DNA of 63,732 nucleotides, filler included, from Conidiobolus incongruus B7586 (lineage: Eukaryota), in assembly GCA_000697335.1 (NCBI GenBank). It is 7 parts of 7 records of this genome, joined end to end, with 100 filler letters (N's around TTAATTAATTAA, not from the genome) between each part and the next. Parts side by side here need not be neighbours in the genome. Positions count along the whole stretch, not along the records: positions 1 to 16,929 come from JNEM01006343.1; positions 17,030 to 29,935 come from JNEM01006346.1; 5 more parts are not named here. One strand, 5' to 3'. The stretch's first letter is position 1. Every line of letters begins with the position of its first letter. Under the pieces are notes generated by a model, which had not been told where the DNA came from, did no database searches, and was given only the letters and a program-made list of their open reading frames with translations. A program made the translations under genes and the position numbers. This document shows, one piece after another, positions 12,201 through 25,795 of the stretch.

Positions 12201-12619
12201 CGACTATAACCAATTATTTGTATATTAGTAATACAGTAATATTTTAATTTTGAGTTCGATATATTAAATTATAAAATAATATACAATTTTTTAAATATAA
12301 TTAATTTAAAAAAGTGAAAAAAACGAAAATTCGAGAAATTTATAAATGTCTTACATTTTAGTAATCACTTGTGGGGATCGTGCTTTGATTATAATCAGAG
12401 GTATTCATTTCATAATCAAAATGGTTATTTCAAATTGTGATAACTAATAATTGAAGAAGGAAAAACAAATTTTATTATAATTTTTAGTATGATAATTATA
12501 ATCAGTTATTATTTTTTAAACACTATAATGGGTGGATTACTTAGTTTAAGGATTGTTTGGGTTAGTTTTTAAAAAGTAAATACAAGAGAGGATGGCTTTG
12601 AAGGAAAGTTTTTGAACAC

Positions 12620-13093
12620 TTATTGATGTAAAATAGATCGAGAGTAAGGTTTAGACTGTGTTTTCAGTAGTTTTTTAGGAATAAACCTAGAAATGACTTT
12701 TTTCGCAACAGATTTGAAAAACTGGCCTTTTCCAAAGACTGTTCCAACAACTGTCAATGTTGCGCACCAGTAAGGTACTGAAACTGAAAGTCGAGTCACA
12801 CGATAAGACCAAGGACCCTCTCTCATTGATCCATAGATGCCCAATTGATTGAGAATGGGTTGGACAGTTAGAAGACATGAGGTGCCTGTAATAGAAAAGA
12901 CGGTCCCAATGGTCAATATATCTTTCCACCACAATTTGGTAAATTTTTCATGAGCCGAAGGACTTATATGGATTTTGTTAGGAGTGACTGACTTTGTAGG
13001 ATAAAGGTGAATATTCTTAAATTGAATATTTTTTGTAATGTTAAATAGATGAGATTTGTTATAAAGAGCTTTTGATTGATTTAGCAAATTCAT
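12620..13093 (-). CDS. Small membrane protein with mitochondrial-like presequence, DUF6787-like, 157 aa, intronless
   Basis: ATG at 13093. Basic N-terminus lacking acidic residues, then WWKDILTIGTVFSITGTSCLLTVQPIL..GSMREGPWSYR..VPYWCATLTVVGTVFGKGQFF..KKVISRF with two hydrophobic segments. The family assignment is from memory of the VFxITGS...P.Y...G..FG...FF pattern. Confidence 0.8.
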   Translation of the reverse strand: MNLLNQSKALYNKSHLFNITKNIQFKNIHLYPTKSVTPNKIHISPSAHEKFTKLWWKDILTIGTVFSITGTSCLLTVQPILNQLGIYGSMREGPWSYRVTRLSVSVPYWCATLTVVGTVFGKGQFFKSVAKKVISRFIPKKLLKTQSKPYSRSILHQ

Positions 13094-13915
13094 AATAGTG
13101 AGAAGATTGATGAACTTAAGCGTGAGGAAAGAAATGTTTTTTAAATGGATGGAATAATGAGAGGTATTTATATCTAAGTTTGATTCTTTCAAACAATAGT
13201 CAATTTAAGGAGCATATTTAGGGAGAATCAAATGTAAATTTTTAAAACCATTAAATTCGCTAATTGGAGAAATATTTAAACCAGTTTTTAATTTTTTGTG
13301 AACTAGGAAATTAAATGAATTATCAACCCTTAATCAATTTGATTAAATATTGATAGTGCTCAAAACAGTTAAATTAATTTCAAATATCAAACTTTAATAT
13401 TGTTTAAAGTTTTATTACTACTTATGAATAGTTATTGCACAATTTTACACATAAAAATTAATTAAAATATGGAGTTTTGCGTTGTTGAATCATTATATCT
13501 TATCAGTTATATTAAAATAATTTCATATAACTAAATAATGATCAATTGTGCTATATACAAAGTAATAAATAAAATGCTATATATATCAATTGCTCGAGAA
13601 TCATACAGCCATCATATATATTATAAAATTTTTCTTTGACAAATAATATTTGTGGTTGATGTCATAAATTTCATATGATATATTTCTTTAAATTCAAATT
13701 GAATGATTTATTAAATCACAAAAAATGTTCAAGAAACCCCATATTAACCTTATTTTAAATATTGTTTGTTAATAAATGTTACTAACATAACAGCCCTTTA
13801 GTTGTTCTAATTTGTTAAATATTTTATTTTAAGATTCAAAGAGAGTATATAATTAGTAATTATTAGAAATTGATTGATAATTTTGTTAAAGTTTGATATT
13901 GTGATTTCAAATGGT

Positions 13916-13947
<32 letters not shown>

Positions 13948-15599
13948 AATTTAAACTCTTATAAATATATGTATTTATTTTAGTATTATATTATATTATA
14001 TTTTTGTAAAAGTTACAATATTTAGTTATGGAATAGTATTTAATATACACAAATTGCAAATTATTTCATTTATTCCAATCAAAGTGAGAACATCAAATAA
14101 TTTAGCTTTTTTCATTTGAAAATATTAGATATTATGATATTATTGAAAATGTATAACAGCTAAAATTTATAATACGATAATAAGATTGTTTCCTAAATAC
14201 ACTTTCATATACTGATATATACTCTATATATTAACATTGCAATATACTTTATTGTTGTTTTATAAACGTCGAAGTTAAAATTTGATTCGGATTCTATTTA
14301 GCTATATAATCTGTACTATTGGCAATGTTATAAATTTGGCTTGAATCTAATATTATTATCAATATAATTGAGAATAATTTCCAAAAGATGGTATAATAAT
14401 ATTATATATTCAAGCCAATTTTATTTGCAATTTTATTTGCAATTATTTCTTATATAATTTTAATATTGAAATGAAAATATTTTTCTTGAATATTCATAAT
14501 CTTGAAAAAATTAAAATCGTTGATGATAATTTAAAGTGATATAATTAATGTCTACGTCATTCTAAATTTTCAGTACCATTAAAATCAAATTCTCCTTAAT
14601 CTCCCATATTTTAGTTTAATATATACATTTAACTATATTTGAATTTAAATGAAAGTTAGTAAACTCTGTTGACAATAAATGATATTAAATAAAACTAAAT
14701 ATGTGAATATATCTTTGTGAATGAGGAGTATTGATTTAACACGATTTAATATTTGGCCAAACTTTAACAAGATCTAAATTTTATCAAACGATCATCCTCT
14801 ATTTTTTAATATAATTTTGAAGAATTATTCATTATTATTGATCTTATATTTTATCTAATCTTATCCATTAACCATCAATAAATATGCAAATCTTATCCTT
14901 ATTAATCTATAGTATCTACACTGAAATAACTTAAAATATTTTGATCTAATTTATGCATAATTTTCTATATTCAGAGTAATATTCTTAATAGAATCAATTA
15001 ATATGTTTACTATATTATAAATACTTAATTTTTTATATTATCTTATCTTTTTCATGACTCCTTAATATCAAATTATATTCGTACTAGTATATTGCTAATA
15101 ATGAAAATATAATATAATTGAATTTATATCTAAATTTTTACTTTATTTTATCATGGATTTTTTTATTCATTAGAGATATTTATTACTAGAAATTCAAATA
15201 TATAACTACCTGAATATAATATCCATCTTATGAATACCTTGATTCAATTTTCAATTTTGAAATAACTAATAAAAGGCCAATAATCTAATTAGTATATATC
15301 TATTGATTAATAATTAAGTATATTGATATAACAATGACTTCTCAAATTTCTTACTATATAGTTTCAATGAATAGATATCAAAGTAATATACACACCTATT
15401 TTTATTTTGATTCATCTTTGAAAAATCGCTATTTAAACCTATTATCTACACATAATTCTAAGATCAATAATATAATATTCAATTGAAATTATATCTATTA
15501 ATTATTTGCTTATAAAAATTCAAATAATATGAAATTCAAAAATATTCAATCAATGGATTAAAGATACGATAGTCAGCTGCCATATAGTCTAGATATATA

Positions 15600-16929
15600 C
15601 TTGTAATAAAAATCAAATAGTGGTATTTATAAATTTAATAATGTCAAAAATTTTAAAATAAAAATTAGATAACATTATAAATATATAATTTATAAAAATT
15701 AATATAAAATATAACATTAATAGTTTTTTTGATTATCAGCAATTTTTTTCGCATACTTTTAAAAAACTTCTAACATTTGAAAAATATTTTTTTTATTAAA
15801 AAGTAAAATTAATTGTTTTACAAACTAACTTATTTTATTATAAGATTTTTTCCATATAAGTATATTTTTTCATTACTTAAAATAATTATAATTATATATA
15901 TATTTATCTAATAAATTTACTGGATATAATAGTTCTTTTTAATATTCTTATATACAAAATATTTTATAACTTTATATATTTTAAAATAATTATATAAAAT
16001 GATAAATACACTGAGTTTATAATAAATACATAAACTAAAAATAATTAAATAACAAGAAAATATTATAAGTTGATTATTAATTAATTTAATCTAAAAATTT
16101 ATTTAATAATCTATATACCTTTAGAATCAAATTAAATAATTCATAATTAATTATTAAGAGATTATTTATATTGGAATTTATAAAAGGGATTGTATTTAAT
16201 ATACTTAGTATATTGCTTAATATTTAATAAGTTATATTAAAATTCAAAATAAATTAAATATAATTATTTATTTTAATAACCTTTGTACTTAATTTTATTT
16301 TGATAAGATTTATTTAATTATAATTACTTTAATTATATTATAAGCCTTTTTAAAGTATAATATATTTATTTTAAATTTTTATTAATTCAATTATATTTAG
16401 ATTATAATAAAGATAATATATATTAGCTTGTAAAAATCAGTTTTAAAATCAATATCATTGATATTTTTATTAATAATTTAATTAATATTTAATTAAATTA
16501 ACTTATAATAAATTAAATATATAAAATTAACTATTTGTTCAAATTATAATAGATTTAATTAAATAGTATAGATTCTTTAATAATTATATCAAAATTTAAA
16601 ATTTAATTAAAATAATAATAATTTATAGGTTTTGAATATAATAAGGTAACTAAAACTTAATATAACTCTTATATTATCTTTCTAACTTTTTAAAAATATA
16701 ATTTATAAAATTAATTGACTTTTGATATTAAGAAGATTAATCTTATTTTAAGTTTTTTGAACATATAATTTAATATATTTAATCTTTAACTAAAAGGGAA
16801 AATTTTTAATTATTTTAATTGATTTTAAAATTATTAAATTAAATTAAAATCAAAAGATAAAAAAAGGTATTTTATTAGATATATATATTATTTTCTACTA
16901 ATTTTTAATAAAATCTATAATATAATAAA
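15600..16929 (-). mobile_element. Heavily decayed mariner-like element, truncated by a gap
   Basis: 15720-15960 resembles 36715-36950. The minus strand gives ELLYPVNLLD..YNYNYFK, a relic of LPHPxYSPD..CDYxCF. Boundaries are approximate. Confidence 0.55.
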
Positions 16930-17029
16930 NNNNNNNNNNNNNNNNNNNNNNNNNNNNNNNNNNNNNNNNNNNNTTAATTAATTAANNNNNNNNNNNNNNN
17001 NNNNNNNNNNNNNNNNNNNNNNNNNNNNN
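16930..17029. other. Assembly gap with TTAATTAATTAA linker (also at 29936-30035, 38256-38355, 49583-49682, 60831-60930, 62599-62698)
   Basis: N-run, TTAATTAATTAA, N-run, 100 nt in total and identical at all six gaps. The linker puts stops in all six frames. Confidence 0.97.
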
Positions 17030-17453
17030 ATTTTTAATTAATGTTTTCAATATAATTTAAAAAAACTTAATATTTTGTATAATAATTATAAAATATATAA
17101 ATTTAAACCTATAAAAACTTTCTAATTAAAAAAACTAAAAAAATACCATATTTTATATATTCCTTAGATTATAGCTTAGGTAATTATAGTTGCTTTAGAT
17201 AATTAAAAAACCAACTTATCAGAAAGAAAATTTTTGCAAAAAAATTTAATTAATATATAAAATATTAAATTTCAGTCTTTAATAAAAAGATTATTTTTTA
17301 ATTTTTAAAAGTTTGTTAAAAATATAGCAAAAAGTTATTAATAATAGAAATATTATTAAATTTATATTATATATTTATTTTGATATATTATATATCAAAA
17401 TCTTTATTTATTTTTAATTATAAAAAATTCCTATTATTCAAATTATAGAGTAT
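17030..17453 (+). mobile_element. Mariner 3' fragment with TIR
   Basis: Reverse-complement match to 36611-37040. Reads IPYFIYSLDYSLGNYSCFR*LKNQL (PHPxYSPD..DY relic). Ends in AAAAAATTCCTATTATTCAAATTATAGAGTA, the family TIR. Confidence 0.8.
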
Positions 17454-20400
17454 TATTATCAATAATATACTATCTATCATAACTTTAAATATATAATATA
17501 AGTGAATAAATATATAATTTGATTAATTATTAATTCAATATTAGTATACAAAAAAACAAACAGATAAATATTATAAAATAAGAGTAAAAAGATTGAAATA
17601 TTATATAATAATTGAAAATTTATTTTATTAATTTAAATTCAGTTAATATTTTGATATATTAACTATAACTGTTTAAATTAGTAAAATCTAATTTTAATAA
17701 ATTATATTATTTAAATATCAAAACTAATAACATTATAATTATAAGAATCTAACCTACTATATAATTAAAACTTTTGTATTGTGGTTCGATATATATTATA
17801 AAAACATAGCATTACTTAATATAATATGTATATTATATTAAAAATTTTGAATAAATTATGATAATAACTCTCAAATAATAATAATTAATTATATTTATTT
17901 AAAATAATGTGAAATGGTAAAATAACTTGAGAAGTGTAACTATCAATAGTTTTTTACCTTTAAAATTGAAAAATATATAACCAAGTATAATTAGTTATGA
18001 TTGTTAACCATCTTATTTTTGTTGCTGCGAGTAAAAAATTGATATTACGAAATTAAAGATGCCTTTATAATATGGTAATTCTTTTAATTTAACTGAGGCA
18101 ATTTAAATTATATTAAAATAAATATAACGAGAAATCAAACACTTAAGGCAAGTTAAGTAGGAGCTCAATTATCTCAAGAGTATTGGCAACAGATAACAAA
18201 AAGTAAAATTGATTTGAATAAAATAATTTATCACCAAAATTAAAATATGTTACCACTAAAAGATCATAATTAAAGGTAATAACAGTTAATTAATATAGAA
18301 TTGAATTATGGCTATAAACAATTTAATCAGAAATATTTATTTACTTATAATTGATTTAATTCTAAACGCTTTGGACAATTCTGACAATCAATTAATTATT
18401 AAAAGTTCTACACAGGTTTTCATTAAGAATCTACCTCCGAAGATAATTTGGTCAAGTTCCACCTGGCTTTGTCACAATAATTAGAATTGTTGAAATCCCG
18501 GACCATTGTACATATTTATTGATAGATAACTTATTTAAAAATGATGTCATTAGTAGATTATATCAAGGTTCTTGAATATAATTGTGGATGTTTGAAATGT
18601 GGTGCTAATTCGGTGTCTTTGAAATTAATCAGATCTGAATCAATGATTTTTATCCGAAGAAATATCATTCTTAACATTGTGTTAAATATGTGATTATGAC
18701 CAAAAAAATTGATTACATGATAAATTTTTTACTAAACTCTCAATGATATAAATAGTTAACACTTTTCATTGAATATGATCCTGATTTAATTATTAATTAA
18801 TCATTGCCACTTTAATAAATATTATTGAATATATAATTAGAATAATGAATATTAATTAATTTATTGAAATTTATCAACTTGAATAATATATTTTCTATTT
18901 GAAATTTATTATTAAGTTTTGAAATATGAAATTAAAATATTTTAATTATCATATATAATTAATTAGTTTAATATATAATATTTTTCTATTTTTGTTATTT
19001 ATACTAAAATAATGTACTTAATTATTAAAATTTAAAATAGGTTTTAATATCCTTGACAAGTCACACAAATTGATAGCATTTTCACTGAATAACTTTTAAA
19101 TTGATTAATTTTCAAATGCGGCATTAATAACTATCTTCTAAAACAAATAAATTGAAGTTACACTATGTATATATCCGAGACTTTGGATTCAATGTAATCC
19201 TGTACCATTTCCGATGAATAGATAAGCTATTTCAGGAACTTTGGAATGATATCATTCGGAGTGCAATCCATATTAGATGATTTACTGGTATTTTTCTGAT
19301 TATTGGGACTCTGTTAGAATCTGATAAAATGATTCTGGTCCGAAAGATACAAAATTTGAAAACATACAATTTCATATTTGAACTATAACATAATTTTTAA
19401 TCAGGTTATTAATATTTGTACAAATCAATTCTAATTGTAATGAAAATAATTGATTCATGATATCTATTTTGTATTGATTTGACTTTGAAAAGGCAATATT
19501 ATAAGCACACTACTTTAATATCCAAATGACAAAGTTTAAATATTGATATATTAAGTTACAAAGAAGCTACGTTACAATTTTGATAACTTTTGAAAACAAT
19601 ATTTCAAATAGTTTTGAATTATTTATATAGAAATAGACAAGTTAATTATTGATATATTCAATTAGAAACAAATTCCTTGTAGACATAAAATTGCTAAATT
19701 TTTTGAAATATTTAATGATTTAAAAAATACATACTCTTAAGTTAAGGATCAATTTGTTTATCAATATTATACCATTTAAACATTTTATCATATTACATTA
19801 AGTTATAATGAATTCAAAAATTAAAAAATGTTTTATTTTTACTGTTATTCATTTTATAGATATATCTTCTGTTTATACTTAATCAATATATAATATTCTT
19901 TTATTTAATTTTTAGTGTATATTTCAAGCAAGTTAGATAAATTTTAGAAAAATTCAGATAAATCAAGATGAGAATGATAGAATTCCAATAAAACTAACGA
20001 AAATAGACCATTAATTTAAAATTTTATATTGCAATCAATGATCATTTTGCCAAAACATGCTTAAATATACTTGTATATATATTAAGTTTCTTGAAATTTA
20101 GTATTATCATGCGAGCTATTTAAATTGTTCAATCATTTCTTACCTAGCACATACCGAGTATACTATTCTGACATAATAAGGAAACATTTTCTTATTACTC
20201 TTCTTATTTATTCGTATATAAAAATAAATATCAACTTGAAATAATGCAAAATAATTCTATAGTAGAGCACTTTATTTAATAAATTATTACTTTATATTAC
20301 ATCTTTTTTGAATGAGAAAAAAAATCAAATATTACTTCTATCATCCTAGAATATAATAAACATACTAAGTATGCTTAAAATCAGATTCAAGAATTGTATA

Positions 20401-23400
20401 TGGACACATCTCTATCATTATAAAATTAATGAATATTTAATCTTCATATTTCATTGAATATATCATTATAAGGATAGTTAAATGATTTCAATTGGTTATT
20501 CTAATCATTCATCAGATATTTGTATATTTTATAAAATATTAAAACTACTTAATATACTCGGTGTTAATAATTTGATTTTATGTTATAAGATGATTTTTGA
20601 TATAAAATTTCTAAAAAAAAATTAGTATTGAATTCTTTGATGATTTTAAGGAATTGTTGTTTTATATTCATTTTACTATTATTTTTTATATAACTAATAA
20701 AATTCAAAAATCAAATTTTATTCCAAAGGATATTGAGTTTGAATGCAATTTTAAAATTTCATTAATTTCATTTTATTTGAAAACTAGGTTATTAGTCAGT
20801 TCTATAGATTAAGGATAATTAAAACATGAATTTAGCAATATGATATACCAAGACAATCATTTTATATGTAGTCAAATCTGGTCAACTATCAAAACTCTTA
20901 CTAATATATATAATCAAACTTGGAAAAATTCAATTATTGAATTTACTGGATTCAAATCAAATAATAAAATTTCTTTAATTTTTTCAAAATCTTGAAATCA
21001 ATATTAAAATGACAATTATCAAAAAAAATTGTCAAATAGCATTTATTTAATTAACACTATAATTAGAATCAATAAATGCTAATTAGTCCATTACTAAACT
21101 TTTTATTCCAATTAGTGGTGGATTCAAATGTAAGCTAACAAATCAATCACTCAAATTATTAAGATCCACATAATTTAAATTATAAAAATCTTCGACCGAA
21201 ACGGCACTATCACATTAATTACTTAACATCATGCTTAGACTCGTTAATCTATTCCATTTTTAAACAAAGAACCTAGTTCGCAAGCAATAACGAGTATTGT
21301 GGGGTAATTAGCGCAAGAACTTTCGTTTAAGTTGCCACATTTTCATAACGGCTCCTTCTCCGTTATACTGGAGTGGATATGTTTGCTGCAAATTTAATTT
21401 TAATAATAATTGATTAGCTTTTAATAGGAACTTTGGGCATTATCGGCATTTTTGATAATGCAAAAATGATGAAATTGGATATATAGGTTCTATTAGATAA
21501 ACTGAATAATGTAAGCAATAATTGAATTAGATTATGAAATGCAAGATTAATTATCTGGTTACTGTTTCAAGTTAAATTTTGTTATTTCAATATTTATTGA
21601 CCAAATTTGAGAATTTAAAAATTTAGAATACTCAATCAGTAATTTTCAAATATTGTATATGATTTTAAAGTATATTAATCCATCGCTATATAAAATCAAT
21701 TTCAAATAATTGTATAATGATTTTGGATTATTGATTGTGATTTGAAAATCTGGTATAGCATTTCATCTTTAGATACCGTATAAATCAATCTTTATTAAAA
21801 TACCCAATCACTTCTCTAACACTATATTCCTCTTTATTCAAAAAATATATATTTATATTTTTGAAAATAACCTAAAATTAATAATTAATTAACTTTTTAA
21901 ATTGAATACAATTAAATATCAATTTTTTAATACTAGTAGTCATATACAAATTTTATAAATTAATAAATTTTTAAATTATCACACCTATAATTATTATATA
22001 AAAATTAATTTAAATAATATAACTTATAATTTGTGAATAGATTTTTAAAGTAAATTCCTTTGAGAGATATTTAATATACCAAAAACAAGCCAAATGTTTC
22101 AATCATTACTAATTAAGTAATTAGATCTAAAAAACCAAGTTGTTAATAATCCCAAATTAATATAATATATATTATATACTTTGTTCTATTCAAAAATCAA
22201 TATATCAACGCATATATATATATATATATATTTATTACTATTTCATATCAGGATATTAAATAAATTTTGTCATAATTCCTTATTAATTATATTCGATCAA
22301 CTTTAATTAGAAATATTTAACCAAAAGGATGGTCACATTATTAGACCTAAAAAGTAAATTTTTATTTTTTTCTATATAAATCTATATTAACTAAATCATT
22401 TATAAAGAACTTAATTAATGACTTAAATGACTGTTGAAAATTTCACTTAATATAAGAGAGCTTAAGCAATTTTCTTTTCAAAAGTACTTCAAAATTTAAT
22501 TTATATTAATTTAAAAATTTAAATTAAATTGAATTAATTATTAAATTTTTGAAATTTTTTTTATAATAGAGTAAATTATAGTATATTAATTATGATAAAA
22601 AATAAATTCAATATAATTTAACAAAAAGTATCTATTTTATAATATAACTAAATTTTGGATATTAATTTTTAACGTACCAATTAGTGAAAAAATTGCTAAG
22701 GCTAACCAAGTGCCTTTCAAAAAGGAAAGGGTTATTACACAATATAGAAAACTATATACAATATTGGAATCGTGAGGAAATCCTATCAAATGAATAGGTC
22801 AGTTATTAAGGGTAATGAACTAGGGATTTGAATTATTAAGATATAAAATGGTTACAAATTATATTCATAATCAGAGATTTGAGAAACTTAATCAAATATT
22901 TAACTATTAATTTTATATCTGAAATAAGCTTATAATTTAGAAATATAATAAATAGTGAATTTCTTAATTGGGTTAATTAGTTGAAATAAAGCAACACTTT
23001 CAATTAAACTCTATTACTAGTACAATCACTCCAATATTCAATTAATTACTTAATATTTAAAATATTTGATTTGATGTAAATTTTCAAATACAAATAATTG
23101 GTTATTGAATTAAAAATAAATTGAAAATTTGAGTTACTATTTTTTGATTTAATTCTAAATTTACTATTAAATTAAAATATTTATATTATTAATTTTCATG
23201 TAACAAAAGAATTTCTTTAACATTTCTATTTTTGATTAAAGTTTCTCGGATCAACTCAAAAATTCTTATCCAATAATTATGATGCAATTCTAAATCAACA
23301 AATAATTAACTCTGATTAGTTATAATTTAATCTATCTTTCAGTCCCAAGAATTTTAAAGTTACCAAAAAATCAAAATACACTTTACTATTAAGAAATTAT

Positions 23401-24706
23401 AGCCAAATATACTATCATAAAATCGCCAAAATTATATTTATGATATTATTGATACGGTAAAATAATGCCAACTACGGAACTGATTGTAAAGTAGCTAGGT
23501 GAAACTGAGAATAAACAGATAGCTCCGAATTGATGCAAGATTTAATTGTACCAAAATTGTTTATTATCTCTAAATGGTGATGATATCTTAGGTGCCATAA
23601 GCTTTTAGCAATTCATTATATACTTAGAAACTAGATATTGTATTTATATCTATTCAAACTTTATTAGTTATCAAAAAATTTTGAAAATTTGGTGTCAATT
23701 AAGTAAAAATCTAAAACGGGAACCAATCCGATTGAATATTAGATTATTTATCATAATTGAAATTAATTATAATTCTATTATGAACTCATTTTAAATCATT
23801 TTAAAGATCGGAAAAATATCAATATAAACAAAATTCCAATATTTTAAAGATTTTCAACTGATAATCAGTAATATAATATTTTAAGATATGAATATATGTT
23901 TAAAATAATATAAATATATTGATTTTAAATTGTTTCCATTTTAATATTGAGGTTATTATGATATTTTTATAAATTTGTCTTTTTTTTATCTCTGTTAATA
24001 TATCCATCAATTATTTGACAACAACCAATAATTTGAAACATTTTAAAATTTTTATTCATCATTTGTCACTATTATTATTTTTAAATTAACTGTTCTAGTA
24101 AAAAAATGCGAAATAACTATTATAATATTTGCAATTAAAAATAAATTCATGCTAATTCCAACTTTTGAGATTACTTAAGTCCACCTGCTGAACGTATTTT
24201 TGTCCGGCAAAGTGCTGAATTTCGAATTCATGCATTTCAAGTTGTAAATTGGAGGTGATGAAAATATCCAAGAGTCATGCATCGGTAGTTCCGAAGATAT
24301 GTTTCAAAGAGCTGCTGAGCGTAAAGAATTCCGTTCAGGTATAGCTGAGTCCATTACGAATCCCTAGCCATTATAATGATTAGAAGGTGAAAATTAATGT
24401 GACCGCAGCAACCTGTTCATTGTTCTGGATACCTTACCGGATCAGGAATTGTAATCTCCCATTGGGAGAGAGTGGATCGATGAATGATATCAACATGGGA
24501 ATTAGGGCATAAAATCCGAGATATTGTCAAATTAGGTAATTTTAAATTATGGTGATATGGCCCTGTTTCACATCAACTGAAAATCAAGTTTTTTCAATTG
24601 GTATAAATACTTGTTGGATAATCATGTCATCAAGTTTGAATTTGTGTTGATTGAATTTAATTTTCCTAGATTGAGCAGCTTATGATGCTCTTATGATTTT
24701 TAATTT

Positions 24707-25795
24707 ATGATGACTTTAGCAATGCACTTTAATATCCCCTACTCGATTTTGGATCTTGGGGTAGGCGCTCCCCTCGAAAGCGTCGCGGAAGCTTACTGTA
24801 GAAAATTAACACAACACAGCAGTTGTATGAATTGCAGACGTGTTGTAGATATGGCTTATTTAATGATTTCGACAAATTCTGCTCGTCGTCATATGACCAA
24901 TCATAATACGCTGCAAAATTCTATGAAATTAAAGTATCTTAATAACAAAATAGAAACTTCAATTAATTTGAGTTTGGATCAAGTTTATGCTGGAGATACA
25001 GTGTATATTCACTATGAACGTTATGAAACATGCAGGGAGTGTAATGGTGTTCAGACTTCTGGGTGGGATCGCGATGGAATCCAATTGTTAGATTTAATCC
25101 GTCAGTATAATGAATGCAGCAATTGTATGAGACAATCTCCTATAGAATTTGATTTTCTTGCTTGTCGCAGATGTGGTAATGAGGGTGTGTGTCTCACTCC
25201 AACCACATACGCTCTTGATTTGGGACAATATTCAGTTTTAGAAAAAATACTCACTGTCAAGCATGAAGGTCATCGCATTGGCAATGACCCTTTACAATGG
25301 GGCGATCTTCAAATCAGAGTGAATATTCAAAATCATCACAATATACAACGACGCGGCTGGAATTTGTACACCGAAAAGACTATCAATGTAACACAATTTC
25401 TGTGTGATCAAATCATCTACCTACCATATTTGAATCACACCACGCTGAAAATCCAAAGTCCCATAGGGATTTCAGCGTATTTGCAACCTGGTAAATGGTT
25501 TGTGATCAAGGGTAAAGGCCTCATAAATCCTTTAGACCTCAATACTCGTGGTGATTTACACATTAAATTTAGCTTGCAATACCCTGACCCTGCTTTCTTT
25601 GCTCAACTTGACAGTGACAAGCTCAAATTGATTATGAATCAAATATTCAACCACCCCGTCCCAACTTCGCAGGCTGATATCCTTCCTCCCGACTCCCTCC
25701 AATTATCTACCAGAAAACGTACTCTCTCCGTAACGCCACAATCTCACCACGAATCATCGTCTTCCTCATCATATTCCAAAATTCCAAAATACTAA
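24707..25795 (+). CDS. Divergent type I DnaJ/Hsp40-like protein with a degenerate J-domain, 362 aa, intronless
   Basis: YSILDL..AEAYCRK..AYLMIS J-domain-like helices, INLSLDQVYAG, zinc-finger repeats CRECNG, CSNC and CRRCGNEG, and DnaJ C-terminal motifs GDL, RRGWNL, IKGKGL and RGDLHIKFSLQYP. Confidence 0.88.
   Translation: MMTLAMHFNIPYSILDLGVGAPLESVAEAYCRKLTQHSSCMNCRRVVDMAYLMISTNSARRHMTNHNTLQNSMKLKYLNNKIETSINLSLDQVYAGDTVYIHYERYETCRECNGVQTSGWDRDGIQLLDLIRQYNECSNCMRQSPIEFDFLACRRCGNEGVCLTPTTYALDLGQYSVLEKILTVKHEGHRIGNDPLQWGDLQIRVNIQNHHNIQRRGWNLYTEKTINVTQFLCDQIIYLPYLNHTTLKIQSPIGISAYLQPGKWFVIKGKGLINPLDLNTRGDLHIKFSLQYPDPAFFAQLDSDKLKLIMNQIFNHPVPTSQADILPPDSLQLSTRKRTLSVTPQSHHESSSSSSYSKIPKY

Noticed and set aside
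16974..16985. TTAATTAATTAA palindrome recurring six times
   Set aside because: It is always centred in 100-nt N-runs, so it is an artificial scaffold linker rather than a biological repeat or CRISPR.
18541..18693. 50-codon ORF MMSLVDYIKVLEYNCGCLKCG...
   Set aside because: Too short, with a single CxxC and no other support.
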